Assembly: GCF_000008565.1 (NCBI RefSeq)
Contig: NC_001263.1
Location: 1,580,648 to 1,612,647 of the forward strand
Source of the DNA: Deinococcus radiodurans R1 = ATCC 13939 = DSM 20539
Lineage (GTDB): Bacteria; Deinococcota; Deinococci; Deinococcales; Deinococcaceae
Length of the DNA stretch: 32,000 nucleotides
Direction: 5' to 3'
Position numbers and translations under genes: made by a program. Shown here piece by piece: positions 11,089 to 20,407 of this stretch (its first letter is position 1; the number at the start of each line of letters is the position of its first letter). The notes beneath the pieces were generated by a model, which worked only from the letters and a program-made list of their open reading frames with translations, did not search any database and was not told the origin of the DNA.

Positions 11089-11172
11089 GGAACCTCCAAA
11101 CGGTTCTGGAAAAGACCAACGCTCCCAGCAGGGGGCCGTCGGTAGAAAAAGTCAGGGATTTCCAGCGAGGTC

Positions 11173-11201
11173 AATATATGGACTGGCCTAGAGAAGGTCA
11201 A
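11173..11201 (-). promoter_or_regulatory. Near-consensus sigma-70-type promoter for the ABC importer operon
   Basis: On the minus strand, TTGACC (11201-11196) is followed by a 17-nt spacer and then TATATT (11178-11173). This predicts a transcript start near 11166 and a leader of about 78 nt before ATG 11088. Confidence 0.55.
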
Positions 11202-11358
11202 GCCTTTGTCATGTGATCCTCATATAATGACCTGACCTCACGTCTTGCAGGCCACTCCAGATAAAAGGCGCGCGTATGCAACGTTCTTCAGTGACTCGAC
11301 CTGCCGTTTCACTTCTCTGAGAGCGGTTCAGCGGCCACGACGCGCTATGCTGCTCTTT

Positions 11359-12750
11359 ATGTCTCTGGCAGAACCACCCGTCAAAACCCATCCTGATTTC
11401 GAGGCCGAATCTAGTCATCTGGCGGGCACCGTCCAGGCCATGATTCGCCAGATCGGGAGCTGGGAAGACCGCGACCGCAACACGGGCGCCGACCTCGAAA
11501 CCTCGGTGACGATGGCCGACACCGCCGAGGAACATGCCGCGATGCTGAGCGTGCATGTCCACCAGCCCTACTTCGGCAGCCTGAAAGTACGCGTCGGCGG
11601 GCGCGAGCAGACCCTCTATATCGGCAAGCACGCCTTCCGCGACGTGGGCGGGCCGCACCACGTGGTGAGCTGGGACAGCGAGGTCGGCAGCCTCTTTTAC
11701 TCCGACGCTCTGGACTGGGTGCCCCGGCGTGGCAGCAAGGGCCAGATTCGGCGGCGGCGCCAGCTCGACGTGGCGCAAAAAGCGCTGCTGCGCGTCACCG
11801 ACCTCTACGACGATGAGCAGGGCGGCGACACCGGCGGACGCGAGGAAGTGCTGCTGCGGCGCCTGAAAGAGCAGAGCACCGCCGGGATGCGCGACGTGGT
11901 GGAGACGCTGCAACCCGAGCAGAACGAGGCGATGCGCTTTCCCGCCGGCACGCCGGTCATCATTCAGGGGGCTGCCGGGTCGGGCAAGACGACCATCGGC
12001 TTTCACCGCCTTGCCTGGATGACGAGCGGCGACCGAGGCCCGCATCAGGCGCGGCCCGAGGCATGCATGGTTCTGATGCCCAACCGGGTGCTGGCGGCTT
12101 ACGCGGCGCGCATCCTGCCCGAACTCGGCATCGGCGGCGTCAGCGTGACCACGCCCGAAGCCTGGGCCACCGCGCTGCTGGGCCTCGAAAAACTGGAAAT
12201 CACCGACCGCACACTCTCGCTGCTGCTCACCGATACCGACAACGGACGCCGGGCGCTGGCGTGGCGGCGGGCCAAGCTGCTCGGCGACGCCCGGATGCTC
12301 GACGTGGTGCGGACCCACCTCTGGAACAAGTTCGGGGCGGCCATCACCGGCCAGAGCTTGCAGGAAAACATCGAGGTGGCGGGGCGCGGGCTGCTGACCT
12401 TCAGCCTGAGCGAGAGCGACCTCGCCGACAAGCTGCACGACGTGTTCGCGCAAGACCCCCTCGACGGCTACCGCGCCGGCTTCCGGCGGCTGGTGGAGGA
12501 AGAAGCCGTCTCGCGCCTGCGGGTGCCCGAGGAAGAGGAAGCGAGCGTGCGGCGGCAACTCAGCAAGCCGCTCACCACGCTGCTGGGGCGCATTTTCGCC
12601 TCGACGACGCCCGTGACCGAGGCCCGGCGCCTGCTCGCCGACGCGGACGCCCTGGCCGCGAGCGGACTGCTGAGCGACAAGGAAATCCGGCTGCTGCTCG
12701 CCGATCCGCTCAGCGGCATTCCGACCCCGCGCCGGCTCACGCCGACGTGA
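11359..12750 (+). CDS. helD: HelD/helicase-IV-like SF1 (UvrD-family) helicase, N-terminal fragment (frame A)
   Basis: ORF track 11245..12750. It has a HelD-like N-terminus (HPDFEAESSHLAGTV) and Walker A GAAGSGKTT (11968-11994). The start is set at ATG 11359 because TATGCT (11346-11351) lies 7 nt upstream. Frame A ends at TGA 12748-12750 before motif II appears. Confidence 0.8.
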   Translation: MSLAEPPVKTHPDFEAESSHLAGTVQAMIRQIGSWEDRDRNTGADLETSVTMADTAEEHAAMLSVHVHQPYFGSLKVRVGGREQTLYIGKHAFRDVGGPHHVVSWDSEVGSLFYSDALDWVPRRGSKGQIRRRRQLDVAQKALLRVTDLYDDEQGGDTGGREEVLLRRLKEQSTAGMRDVVETLQPEQNEAMRFPAGTPVIIQGAAGSGKTTIGFHRLAWMTSGDRGPHQARPEACMVLMPNRVLAAYAARILPELGIGGVSVTTPEAWATALLGLEKLEITDRTLSLLLTDTDNGRRALAWRRAKLLGDARMLDVVRTHLWNKFGAAITGQSLQENIEVAGRGLLTFSLSESDLADKLHDVFAQDPLDGYRAGFRRLVEEEAVSRLRVPEEEEASVRRQLSKPLTTLLGRIFASTTPVTEARRLLADADALAASGLLSDKEIRLLLADPLSGIPTPRRLTPT

Positions 12751-13511
12751 CCGAGCTGCCCATCATGCTGGCGGTGCAGGCGTTTACCGGCGGCATCGGG
12801 CGAGCGGTGGGGCGCACGTTGGAGCCGTTCGACCATGTGGTGCTCGACGAGGCGCAAGACTATTCGCCGCTGCTCTACGCCCTGCTCGCCCGCGCCGCGC
12901 GCCCGGGGCACGTCACTGCGTTGGGCGACCTCAACCAGGGGATGCACGGCTACAAGGGGCCGAGCAAGTGGCAGGACGTGCAGGACCAGTTACCGGGGGC
13001 ACAGGTGCTGACGCTCTCGCGCACCTACCGCTCCACCCGGCAAATCACCGAACTCGGCGCCCGGATTGCCGAAACCTACAACCGCGCCGCGCAGGTGCAG
13101 GGCGTGGACCGCGAGGGGGCCGAGGTGCAGCGCTACGAGGGCGGTGACGAGCGCGCGCTGATTGCCCAGGCCGTCAAGGACGCGCAGGCCGCCGGGCACA
13201 CCAACATCGCCATCGTGACGCGGCGCGGGGCCGACGCCGACCGCCTGAGCGCCGAGCTGCGCGACTTCGACACCGACGCGCAGCCCATCACCACGCAGGA
13301 GCACCGTTTCAAGGGCGGGCTGGTCATTCTGCCGGTCAGCCTCGCTAAAGGGCTGGAATTCAGCGCGGCGATTGTGACCGGAGCGAACCAGACGACGTAT
13401 GACGAGAGCACCGAGTACGAACGGCGCCTGCTCTATGTCGCCGCCAGCCGCGCCCTGCACTGGCTGGGGCTGGTGAGCGGTGGGGCGGAGCTGCACCCGC
13501 TGGTGCGCTGA
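12747..13511 (+). CDS. helD: HelD/helicase-IV-like SF1 helicase, C-terminal fragment (frame B, -1 relative to frame A)
   Basis: This is the tail of ORF 12063..13511. It is protein-like only from about 12744 (DVTELPIMLAVQAF). It carries motif II VLDEAQDY (DEAQD at 12846-12860), TLSRTYRSTRQI, AKGLEFSAAIV and LLYVAASRAL. A GTG at 12747 overlaps the frame-A stop as GTGA. Confidence 0.75.
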   Translation: MTELPIMLAVQAFTGGIGRAVGRTLEPFDHVVLDEAQDYSPLLYALLARAARPGHVTALGDLNQGMHGYKGPSKWQDVQDQLPGAQVLTLSRTYRSTRQITELGARIAETYNRAAQVQGVDREGAEVQRYEGGDERALIAQAVKDAQAAGHTNIAIVTRRGADADRLSAELRDFDTDAQPITTQEHRFKGGLVILPVSLAKGLEFSAAIVTGANQTTYDESTEYERRLLYVAASRALHWLGLVSGGAELHPLVR

Positions 13512-13619
13512 GGGGTGGCTCACTGCCGAACCGTCTAAGGTCTATATGCGGAAAGTATGCATGGGACGGCATTTAGACTTTTAGACCGTTCGACCGTCCA
13601 ACATTCAGCTCCTTCCCCG

Positions 13620-13677
13620 TGCTATCCTCAAATCCCGGAGGCCACACGCCCCGGCTTTTTTTGTTTTGGCGTGTGGC
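13620..13677 (+). promoter_or_regulatory. Candidate pyrG promoter and leader with two mutually exclusive hairpins (alternatively the helD terminator)
   Basis: An extended -10-like TGCTATCCT lies at 13620-13628. A 7-bp G:C hairpin (13635-13654) is followed by TTTTTTTGTTTT (13656-13667). The competing 10-bp helix is GCCACACGCC (13641-13650) / GGCGTGTGGC (13668-13677). Confidence 0.4.
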
Positions 13678-13731
13678 ACGTGCCTTTCACAGTCCCGACC
13701 CTCGACCCTTAGACATTCCCGGAGGGAATCC

Positions 13732-15366
<1,635 letters not shown>

Positions 15367-15381
15367 ATGTCCTGAATCTGC

Positions 15382-15417
15382 ACAGCCCTGGCACCCGCTG
15401 GGGCTGTTTTGATTTCG
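15382..15417 (+). terminator. Intrinsic terminator after pyrG
   Basis: ACAGCCC (15382-15388) pairs with GGGCTGT (15401-15407). TTTTGATTT follows. Confidence 0.6.
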
Positions 15418-15465
15418 GCAAGCGGCGGAAACGTTGGCGTCAGGCTCGCGCGTTATGCTGGCCCC

Positions 15466-16125
15466 ATGCGTCTCCCCCGCCGTTTTCCCCTGCTCGCCGC
15501 GCTCGCTGCTGGCGCCTGGTATCTCCGCGCCGTGTACCGCTTCCGCGACCCGGTGCGCCTGCCGCCCGCAGACCAGAGCGGCGCGGGCGCCGTGCTCTCA
15601 CCGGCAGACGGGCTGGTGTCGTTCGTGCGCCGCATCGAGGGCGGGCAGGTGAACGGGCAGAACGTGGCCGAACTGCTGGGGACGCCGCAACGAGACGGGT
15701 GGCTGCTGGGCCTCTACGTGGGGCCGCTGGACGTGCACTTCACCTATGCGCCGGTCGGCGGCACGGTTATCAGCGCCGGCAAGCGAGACGGAACGCGTCA
15801 GGGCTTACCGCTGGCCGAGACCGCGCGGCTGCTGGCGGGCCAGCCGGTGGACCTGCTCGGCAGCGCCGCCGTGCGCGGCAACGAGCGCTACAGCTACGCC
15901 GTGCAGGGCGAAGGCGGGCAGACGGTCACGGTAGGCCTGATTGCGCCGGGCGCGGGCCTGCAAGCCATCACCTATCTGGACGAGGGCCAGACCGTGCGCC
16001 AGGGCAACAAGGCCGCGTTTCTGGCCGAGGGCGGCCTGGTGCTGCTCGCCCTGCCCGGCAGCGTAACCCCCCAGGTCAGCGTGGGCGAGCGCGTGCGGGG
16101 TGCCGAAACGGTGGTCGCCTGCTGA
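15466..16125 (+). CDS. Phosphatidylserine decarboxylase-family protein (short Asd/Psd type) apparently lacking the self-cleavage serine
   Basis: ORF track 15409..16125, trimmed to ATG 15466 (MRLPRRFPLLAALAAGAWYL) because TATGCT (15454-15459) lies 6 nt upstream. Family motifs are FRDPVRLPP, LSPADGLV, LDVHFTYAPVGG and NERY. The expected (F/L)GS(T/R) site reads AEGGL here. Confidence 0.7.
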   Translation: MRLPRRFPLLAALAAGAWYLRAVYRFRDPVRLPPADQSGAGAVLSPADGLVSFVRRIEGGQVNGQNVAELLGTPQRDGWLLGLYVGPLDVHFTYAPVGGTVISAGKRDGTRQGLPLAETARLLAGQPVDLLGSAAVRGNERYSYAVQGEGGQTVTVGLIAPGAGLQAITYLDEGQTVRQGNKAAFLAEGGLVLLALPGSVTPQVSVGERVRGAETVVAC

Positions 16126-16129
16126 GAAG

Positions 16130-16777
16130 TTAGCCGTCCAGCAGCGTAAACGTCAGGACTTCGGCCTCGGGCACGCTCAGCGGCGACGTATCGGGCAGGC
16201 TGACGCGCACGTTGCCGCCTGACAGGTCTGCCGCCGCGTTCAGCAAAGGCGCGTCGGCAGCGGGGTCGAGGGTGCCCCAGAGGTGCATTGCCCCTGTACC
16301 CCCCGGCCCGGTCCGCCACAGGCCCGCACCCACCGGGTCGCCGTCTGCGTAGGCGAGCAGCAGCGTGCTGGCGCGGTCGCCTTCCAGCCGCGCGGCGAAG
16401 TGGCGAGCGAGGGCCGGCGCCCATTCCAGCGTCTCGTAGCTTTCGGCGAGGACTGCCGACCACAGAGAGAGTTGGAGACGTGAAACCTGTTCCACGATGA
16501 TGTTTTCTCTAGTTTCTCCCGCCGTCCAGCTTCCCACCCGCAGCCCGCCCACGTCCTCGCCGAGGAGAGCCGCGTCCGAGAGCAGCAGCGCTGGCCGGCC
16601 TCGCGCGCTGAACCAGCGGCGCACGTCGGGTAAATTCTCAGCAGCTTCAGCAGGAAAAAAGGCCGCATTCAGCGCCAGTATGTTCGCCCCCGGCGTCTGC
16701 AAAATGGCGCAGGGGCCGAGGTCATAGTGCTCGGCGGCCAGCGGCTGAAAGTAAGTGAGCAGTTCGGAAAAGGGCAT
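16130..16777 (-). CDS. Hypothetical protein, possibly acyl-CoA N-acyltransferase (GNAT)-like fold
   Basis: ORF track, 215 aa with protein-like composition. The segment LLLAYADGDPVGAGLWRTGPGGTGAMHLWGT resembles the GNAT beta4-alpha3 region but lacks a clear R/QxxGxG/A motif. It is the last gene of the NYN-queA co-directional cluster. Confidence 0.5.
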   Translation of the reverse strand: MPFSELLTYFQPLAAEHYDLGPCAILQTPGANILALNAAFFPAEAAENLPDVRRWFSARGRPALLLSDAALLGEDVGGLRVGSWTAGETRENIIVEQVSRLQLSLWSAVLAESYETLEWAPALARHFAARLEGDRASTLLLAYADGDPVGAGLWRTGPGGTGAMHLWGTLDPAADAPLLNAAADLSGGNVRVSLPDTSPLSVPEAEVLTFTLLDG

Positions 16778-16816
16778 AGGGCAGAGCGACTTTAACCCGT
16801 CTTACCCCCTCTCCGC

Positions 16817-17140
16817 TCAGTCGGGCAGGTTCACCGCCCGCGCCGCGTCGAGCCAGCCACCGTCGCGCAGGAAGGCGCGGAAGTCGGCGAGCAGAGCGGC
16901 GGCTGCGGTCTGTTCGGAAGCGGGCAGGGTGCGCTGCCACGCCTCGCCGGTCAGTTTGGTGTAGGCGAGCAGCGGGGCGGGCGCACCGAGGTAGTCCTCC
17001 AGCGCCGTCAGCAGCGCCGCCGCGCGGTCACGTTGCGCCGCCGGGCAGCCCTCCAGATACGCCTGCGCCGCCTGCGAGAGCTGCATGGGGGCCAGGGGGT
17101 GCGCGGGCGTCAGGTCGGGCTGAGGGTCACGAAACATCAT
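16817..17140 (-). CDS. Hypothetical protein, 107 aa
   Basis: ORF track. It lies 46 nt downstream of the queA stop on the same strand and is Ala/Leu-rich and helical-looking. I recognise no family. Confidence 0.45.
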   Translation of the reverse strand: MMFRDPQPDLTPAHPLAPMQLSQAAQAYLEGCPAAQRDRAAALLTALEDYLGAPAPLLAYTKLTGEAWQRTLPASEQTAAAALLADFRAFLRDGGWLDAARAVNLPD

Positions 17141-17186
17141 GCCCCGCAGTCTGGGGTGCAGGTGTCAGGGACAGCTCAGGAAAAAG

Positions 17187-18275
17187 TCAGGCGGAGGTCA
17201 AGCGTTCCAGCAGCATCGCGTCGCCCAGCGAGTAGAAGCGGTAGTCCTGCGACAGCGCCGCGTCGTAGGCCGCGCGGATGCGGTCCTCGCCCGCGAAGGC
17301 GGCGACGAGCAGCAGCAGGGTGCTGCCGGGCAGGTGAAGGTTGGTGATGAGCAGGTCCGGCACCTCAACCCGCGTTCCAGGCGTGATAAAGATGCGCGTC
17401 TCCCCCGCCCCGGCACGCACTGCTGCGCCGTCCCAGGCACTTTCCAGCGTGCGGACGGTGGTCGTGCCCACGGCGACCACGCGGCGGCCCTCAGCTTTGG
17501 CGCGGGTGATGGCGGCGGCGTTGGTTTCGCTCACCTCGTAGCGCTCGGCGTGCATCACGTGGTCGGCCACGGGGCCCTGAATCGGCTTGAAGGTGCCTGC
17601 GCCGACGTGCAGCGTGACCGAGGCGCGTTCTACGCCCATCTCGTCCAGGCGGGCGAGCAGCTCAGGCGTGAAGTGCAGCCCAGCGGTGGGGGCGGCCACG
17701 CTGCCGGGCGTTTTGGCGTACACCGTCTGGTAGCGCTCGCGCCACGTCTCGTCGCTGTCGCCCGCGTTGATGTAGGGCGGGAGCGGCAGGCGACCAATCT
17801 CGTCGAGGTGCGGCTTGATGTCGTGGTCGAAGCGCAGCAGGCGGGCACCGTCGTCGAGAACGCCGACCACTTCCGCTCGGTGGCCTGTTGCCTCGTTCTC
17901 GCCCAACCACAACTCGTGGCCGGCGCGCTTGGCGGGCTTGAGGTAGGCGCTCCAGACATTAGCTCCCACGTCGAACTCCTCGCGCAGCAGCAACACCTCC
18001 ACCTGACCGCCGCCGAAGCCGTTCACCACGGGCTTGCGCGCCAGCACGCGGGCCGGAATCACCCGCGACTCGTTAAACACCAGTAGGTCGCTGGGACGCA
18101 GCAGGTCGGGCAGGTCGCGGAACATCCGGTGCTTGATCTGCTCGCCCACCACCATCAGCCGCGAGGTGTCACGCGGCTCGGCGCCGGTCTGGGCGATGCG
18201 GTCTTCCGGCAGGTCAAAGTGCAGCCGCGCCAGCACCTCGTCGGCAGTGGAGGGATCGGCGGTGGAATCCGGCAC
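17187..18275 (-). CDS. queA: S-adenosylmethionine:tRNA ribosyltransferase-isomerase
   Basis: ORF track, 362 aa. It has LHFDLPEDRIAQ, RDTSRLMVV, YQTVYAKTPGSVAAPTAGLHFT and VGTTTVRTLES, all QueA hallmarks. Confidence 0.95.
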   Translation of the reverse strand: MPDSTADPSTADEVLARLHFDLPEDRIAQTGAEPRDTSRLMVVGEQIKHRMFRDLPDLLRPSDLLVFNESRVIPARVLARKPVVNGFGGGQVEVLLLREEFDVGANVWSAYLKPAKRAGHELWLGENEATGHRAEVVGVLDDGARLLRFDHDIKPHLDEIGRLPLPPYINAGDSDETWRERYQTVYAKTPGSVAAPTAGLHFTPELLARLDEMGVERASVTLHVGAGTFKPIQGPVADHVMHAERYEVSETNAAAITRAKAEGRRVVAVGTTTVRTLESAWDGAAVRAGAGETRIFITPGTRVEVPDLLITNLHLPGSTLLLLVAAFAGEDRIRAAYDAALSQDYRFYSLGDAMLLERLTSA

Positions 18276-18278
18276 GGC

Positions 18279-18836
<558 letters not shown>

Positions 18837-18963
18837 TGAAAGTCTCCTGTTGTGATGAGGCCGAAAGAGGCAAAGCGCCAAAAAAACGGAACAAAAGAGT
18901 GGCCGCAAACGGGCCGCCGCCCAGCATAGGCCCGGCGCACGGAGATGTGAAGGGGAAGCCGGA

Positions 18964-19062
18964 CCAGGCCCCAGGCCGCCCCAAACGAAGAGGGCCAGAC
19001 GAAGAGGTCCAAACAAGTGGGACAGGCGAATGGACCCGGCGAGTGGACCCGGCGGATGGACC
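18964..19062. repeat. Cluster of three short tandem repeats in a divergent intergenic region
   Basis: There are three repeat families. CCAGGCC occurs twice (18964-18977). A CCARACGAAGAGGN-like 14-mer occurs three times (18981-18994, 18995-19008, and a degenerate copy at 19009-19022). TGGACCCGGCG has a 13-nt period at 19031-19041 and 19044-19054, plus a partial TGGACC at 19057-19062. Confidence 0.8.
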
Positions 19063-19110
19063 AAGACAAGCCGGGCGCCTGCCCCCGCCCGGCTGCGTTA
19101 CCCTGACCCC

Positions 19111-20388
19111 ATGACGAGCAGTGCCACCCCAGACGCCCTTGCCCAGGCCCAGGCCGCCTACGCCGAACTCAAGGCGCGGGGCCTGAAGCTCAACCTCCAG
19201 CGCGGTCAGCCCGCCGACGCCGACTTTGACCTCAGCAACCCCATGCTGAGCGTGCTCGGCGAGAACGACACCCGGTACGACGGCACCGACCTGCGTAACT
19301 ATCCCGGCGGCGTGGCTGGGCTGCCCTCGGCGCGGGCGCTGTTCGGGAACTACCTCGACCTCAAGCCCGAGAACGTGCTGGTGTGGAACAACTCCAGCTT
19401 AGAGCTGCAAGGGCTGGTGCTCGGCTTCGCGCTGCTGCATGGGCTGAGGGGGTCTCAAGGCGGTTGGGTGCATGAAAAGCCCAAGATGATCGTCACCGTT
19501 CCCGGCTATGACCGCCACTTCCTGCTGCTGGAAACGCTCGGCTTCAAGCTGCTGGCGGTGGACATGCAGGACGACGGCCCCGACGTGGACGCCATCGAAC
19601 GGCTCGCGGCGAACGACGCCTCGGTGAAGGGCATCCTCTTCGTGCCGACCTACTCCAATCCCGGCGGCGAAACCATCAGCGCGGAGAAGGCGCGGCGGCT
19701 CGTGGGTCTGAAGGCGGCGGCCCCCGACTTCACCATCTTTGCCGACGACGCCTACCGCGCCCATCACCTCTTCGGGGAAGGCGAACGCGACGTGCCCGTC
19801 AACTTCGTGGCGCTGTGCCGCGACGCCGGGCACCCGGACCGCGCCTTCGTGTTCGCCTCAACCTCCAAAATCACCTTCGCGGGCGCGGGCCTGGGCTTCG
19901 TGGGGAGCAGCGAGGACAACATCGGGTGGCTCGGCAAGTACCTCGGCGCCCAGAGCATCGGCCCCAACAAGTTCGAGCAGGCGCGGCACGTCAAGTTTCT
20001 GGAAGGCTACGACGGCGGGCTGGAAGGGCTGATGCGCGACCACGCGGCGCTCATCGCTCCCAAGTTTCAGGCGGTCTATGACGCCCTGAGCGCCGGACTC
20101 GGCGAAGGAGGCGGCGGCTACGCGACCTGGCGCACGCCACGCGGCGGGTACTTCATCAGCCTCGACACGGTGGACCCGGTGGCCGAACGCGTGGTGCAGC
20201 TCGCCGACGAAGCGGGCATCAGCCTGACCCCGGCGGGCGCGACGTACCCCGGCGGCAACGACCCCAAGAACGCCAACATCCGCCTCGCCCCCACCCGGCC
20301 CCCGCTGGCAGAAGTCGAGGAAGCGATGCGCGGCGTCGCCACCTGCGTGAAGCTCGCGGCGGAGGAGTACCGCGCCGGACAGCACTAA
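19111..20388 (+). CDS. Class I/II PLP-dependent aminotransferase (resembles the actinobacterial subgroup-Ic aspartate aminotransferase type)
   Basis: ORF track 19030..20388, trimmed to ATG 19111 (MTSSATPDALAQAQ) because TACCCT (19099-19104) lies 6 nt upstream. It has LNLQRGQPADADFDLSN near the N-terminus and the PLP-lysine context FASTSKITFAGAGLGF. Confidence 0.88.
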   Translation: MTSSATPDALAQAQAAYAELKARGLKLNLQRGQPADADFDLSNPMLSVLGENDTRYDGTDLRNYPGGVAGLPSARALFGNYLDLKPENVLVWNNSSLELQGLVLGFALLHGLRGSQGGWVHEKPKMIVTVPGYDRHFLLLETLGFKLLAVDMQDDGPDVDAIERLAANDASVKGILFVPTYSNPGGETISAEKARRLVGLKAAAPDFTIFADDAYRAHHLFGEGERDVPVNFVALCRDAGHPDRAFVFASTSKITFAGAGLGFVGSSEDNIGWLGKYLGAQSIGPNKFEQARHVKFLEGYDGGLEGLMRDHAALIAPKFQAVYDALSAGLGEGGGGYATWRTPRGGYFISLDTVDPVAERVVQLADEAGISLTPAGATYPGGNDPKNANIRLAPTRPPLAEVEEAMRGVATCVKLAAEEYRAGQH

Positions 20389-20407
20389 CAACACGCTTCG
20401 AGACAGA

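Noticed and set aside
9418-11145. A 575-aa plus-strand ORF antisense to the substrate-binding-protein gene
   Set aside because: It is a Val/Gly/Asp/His/Ala-rich antisense translation of a strongly supported gene with a signal peptide and an SD.
11209-12558. A 449-aa minus-strand ORF antisense to helD
   Set aside because: It is a shadow ORF. It spans the intergenic promoter region and has no motifs, whereas the plus strand carries helicase motifs.
12700-12760. Programmed -1 ribosomal frameshift as the explanation for the helD split
   Set aside because: There is no X XXY YYZ slippery heptamer, and I could see no obvious downstream pseudoknot or stem at the right spacing. A 1-nt indel or sequencing error is simpler.
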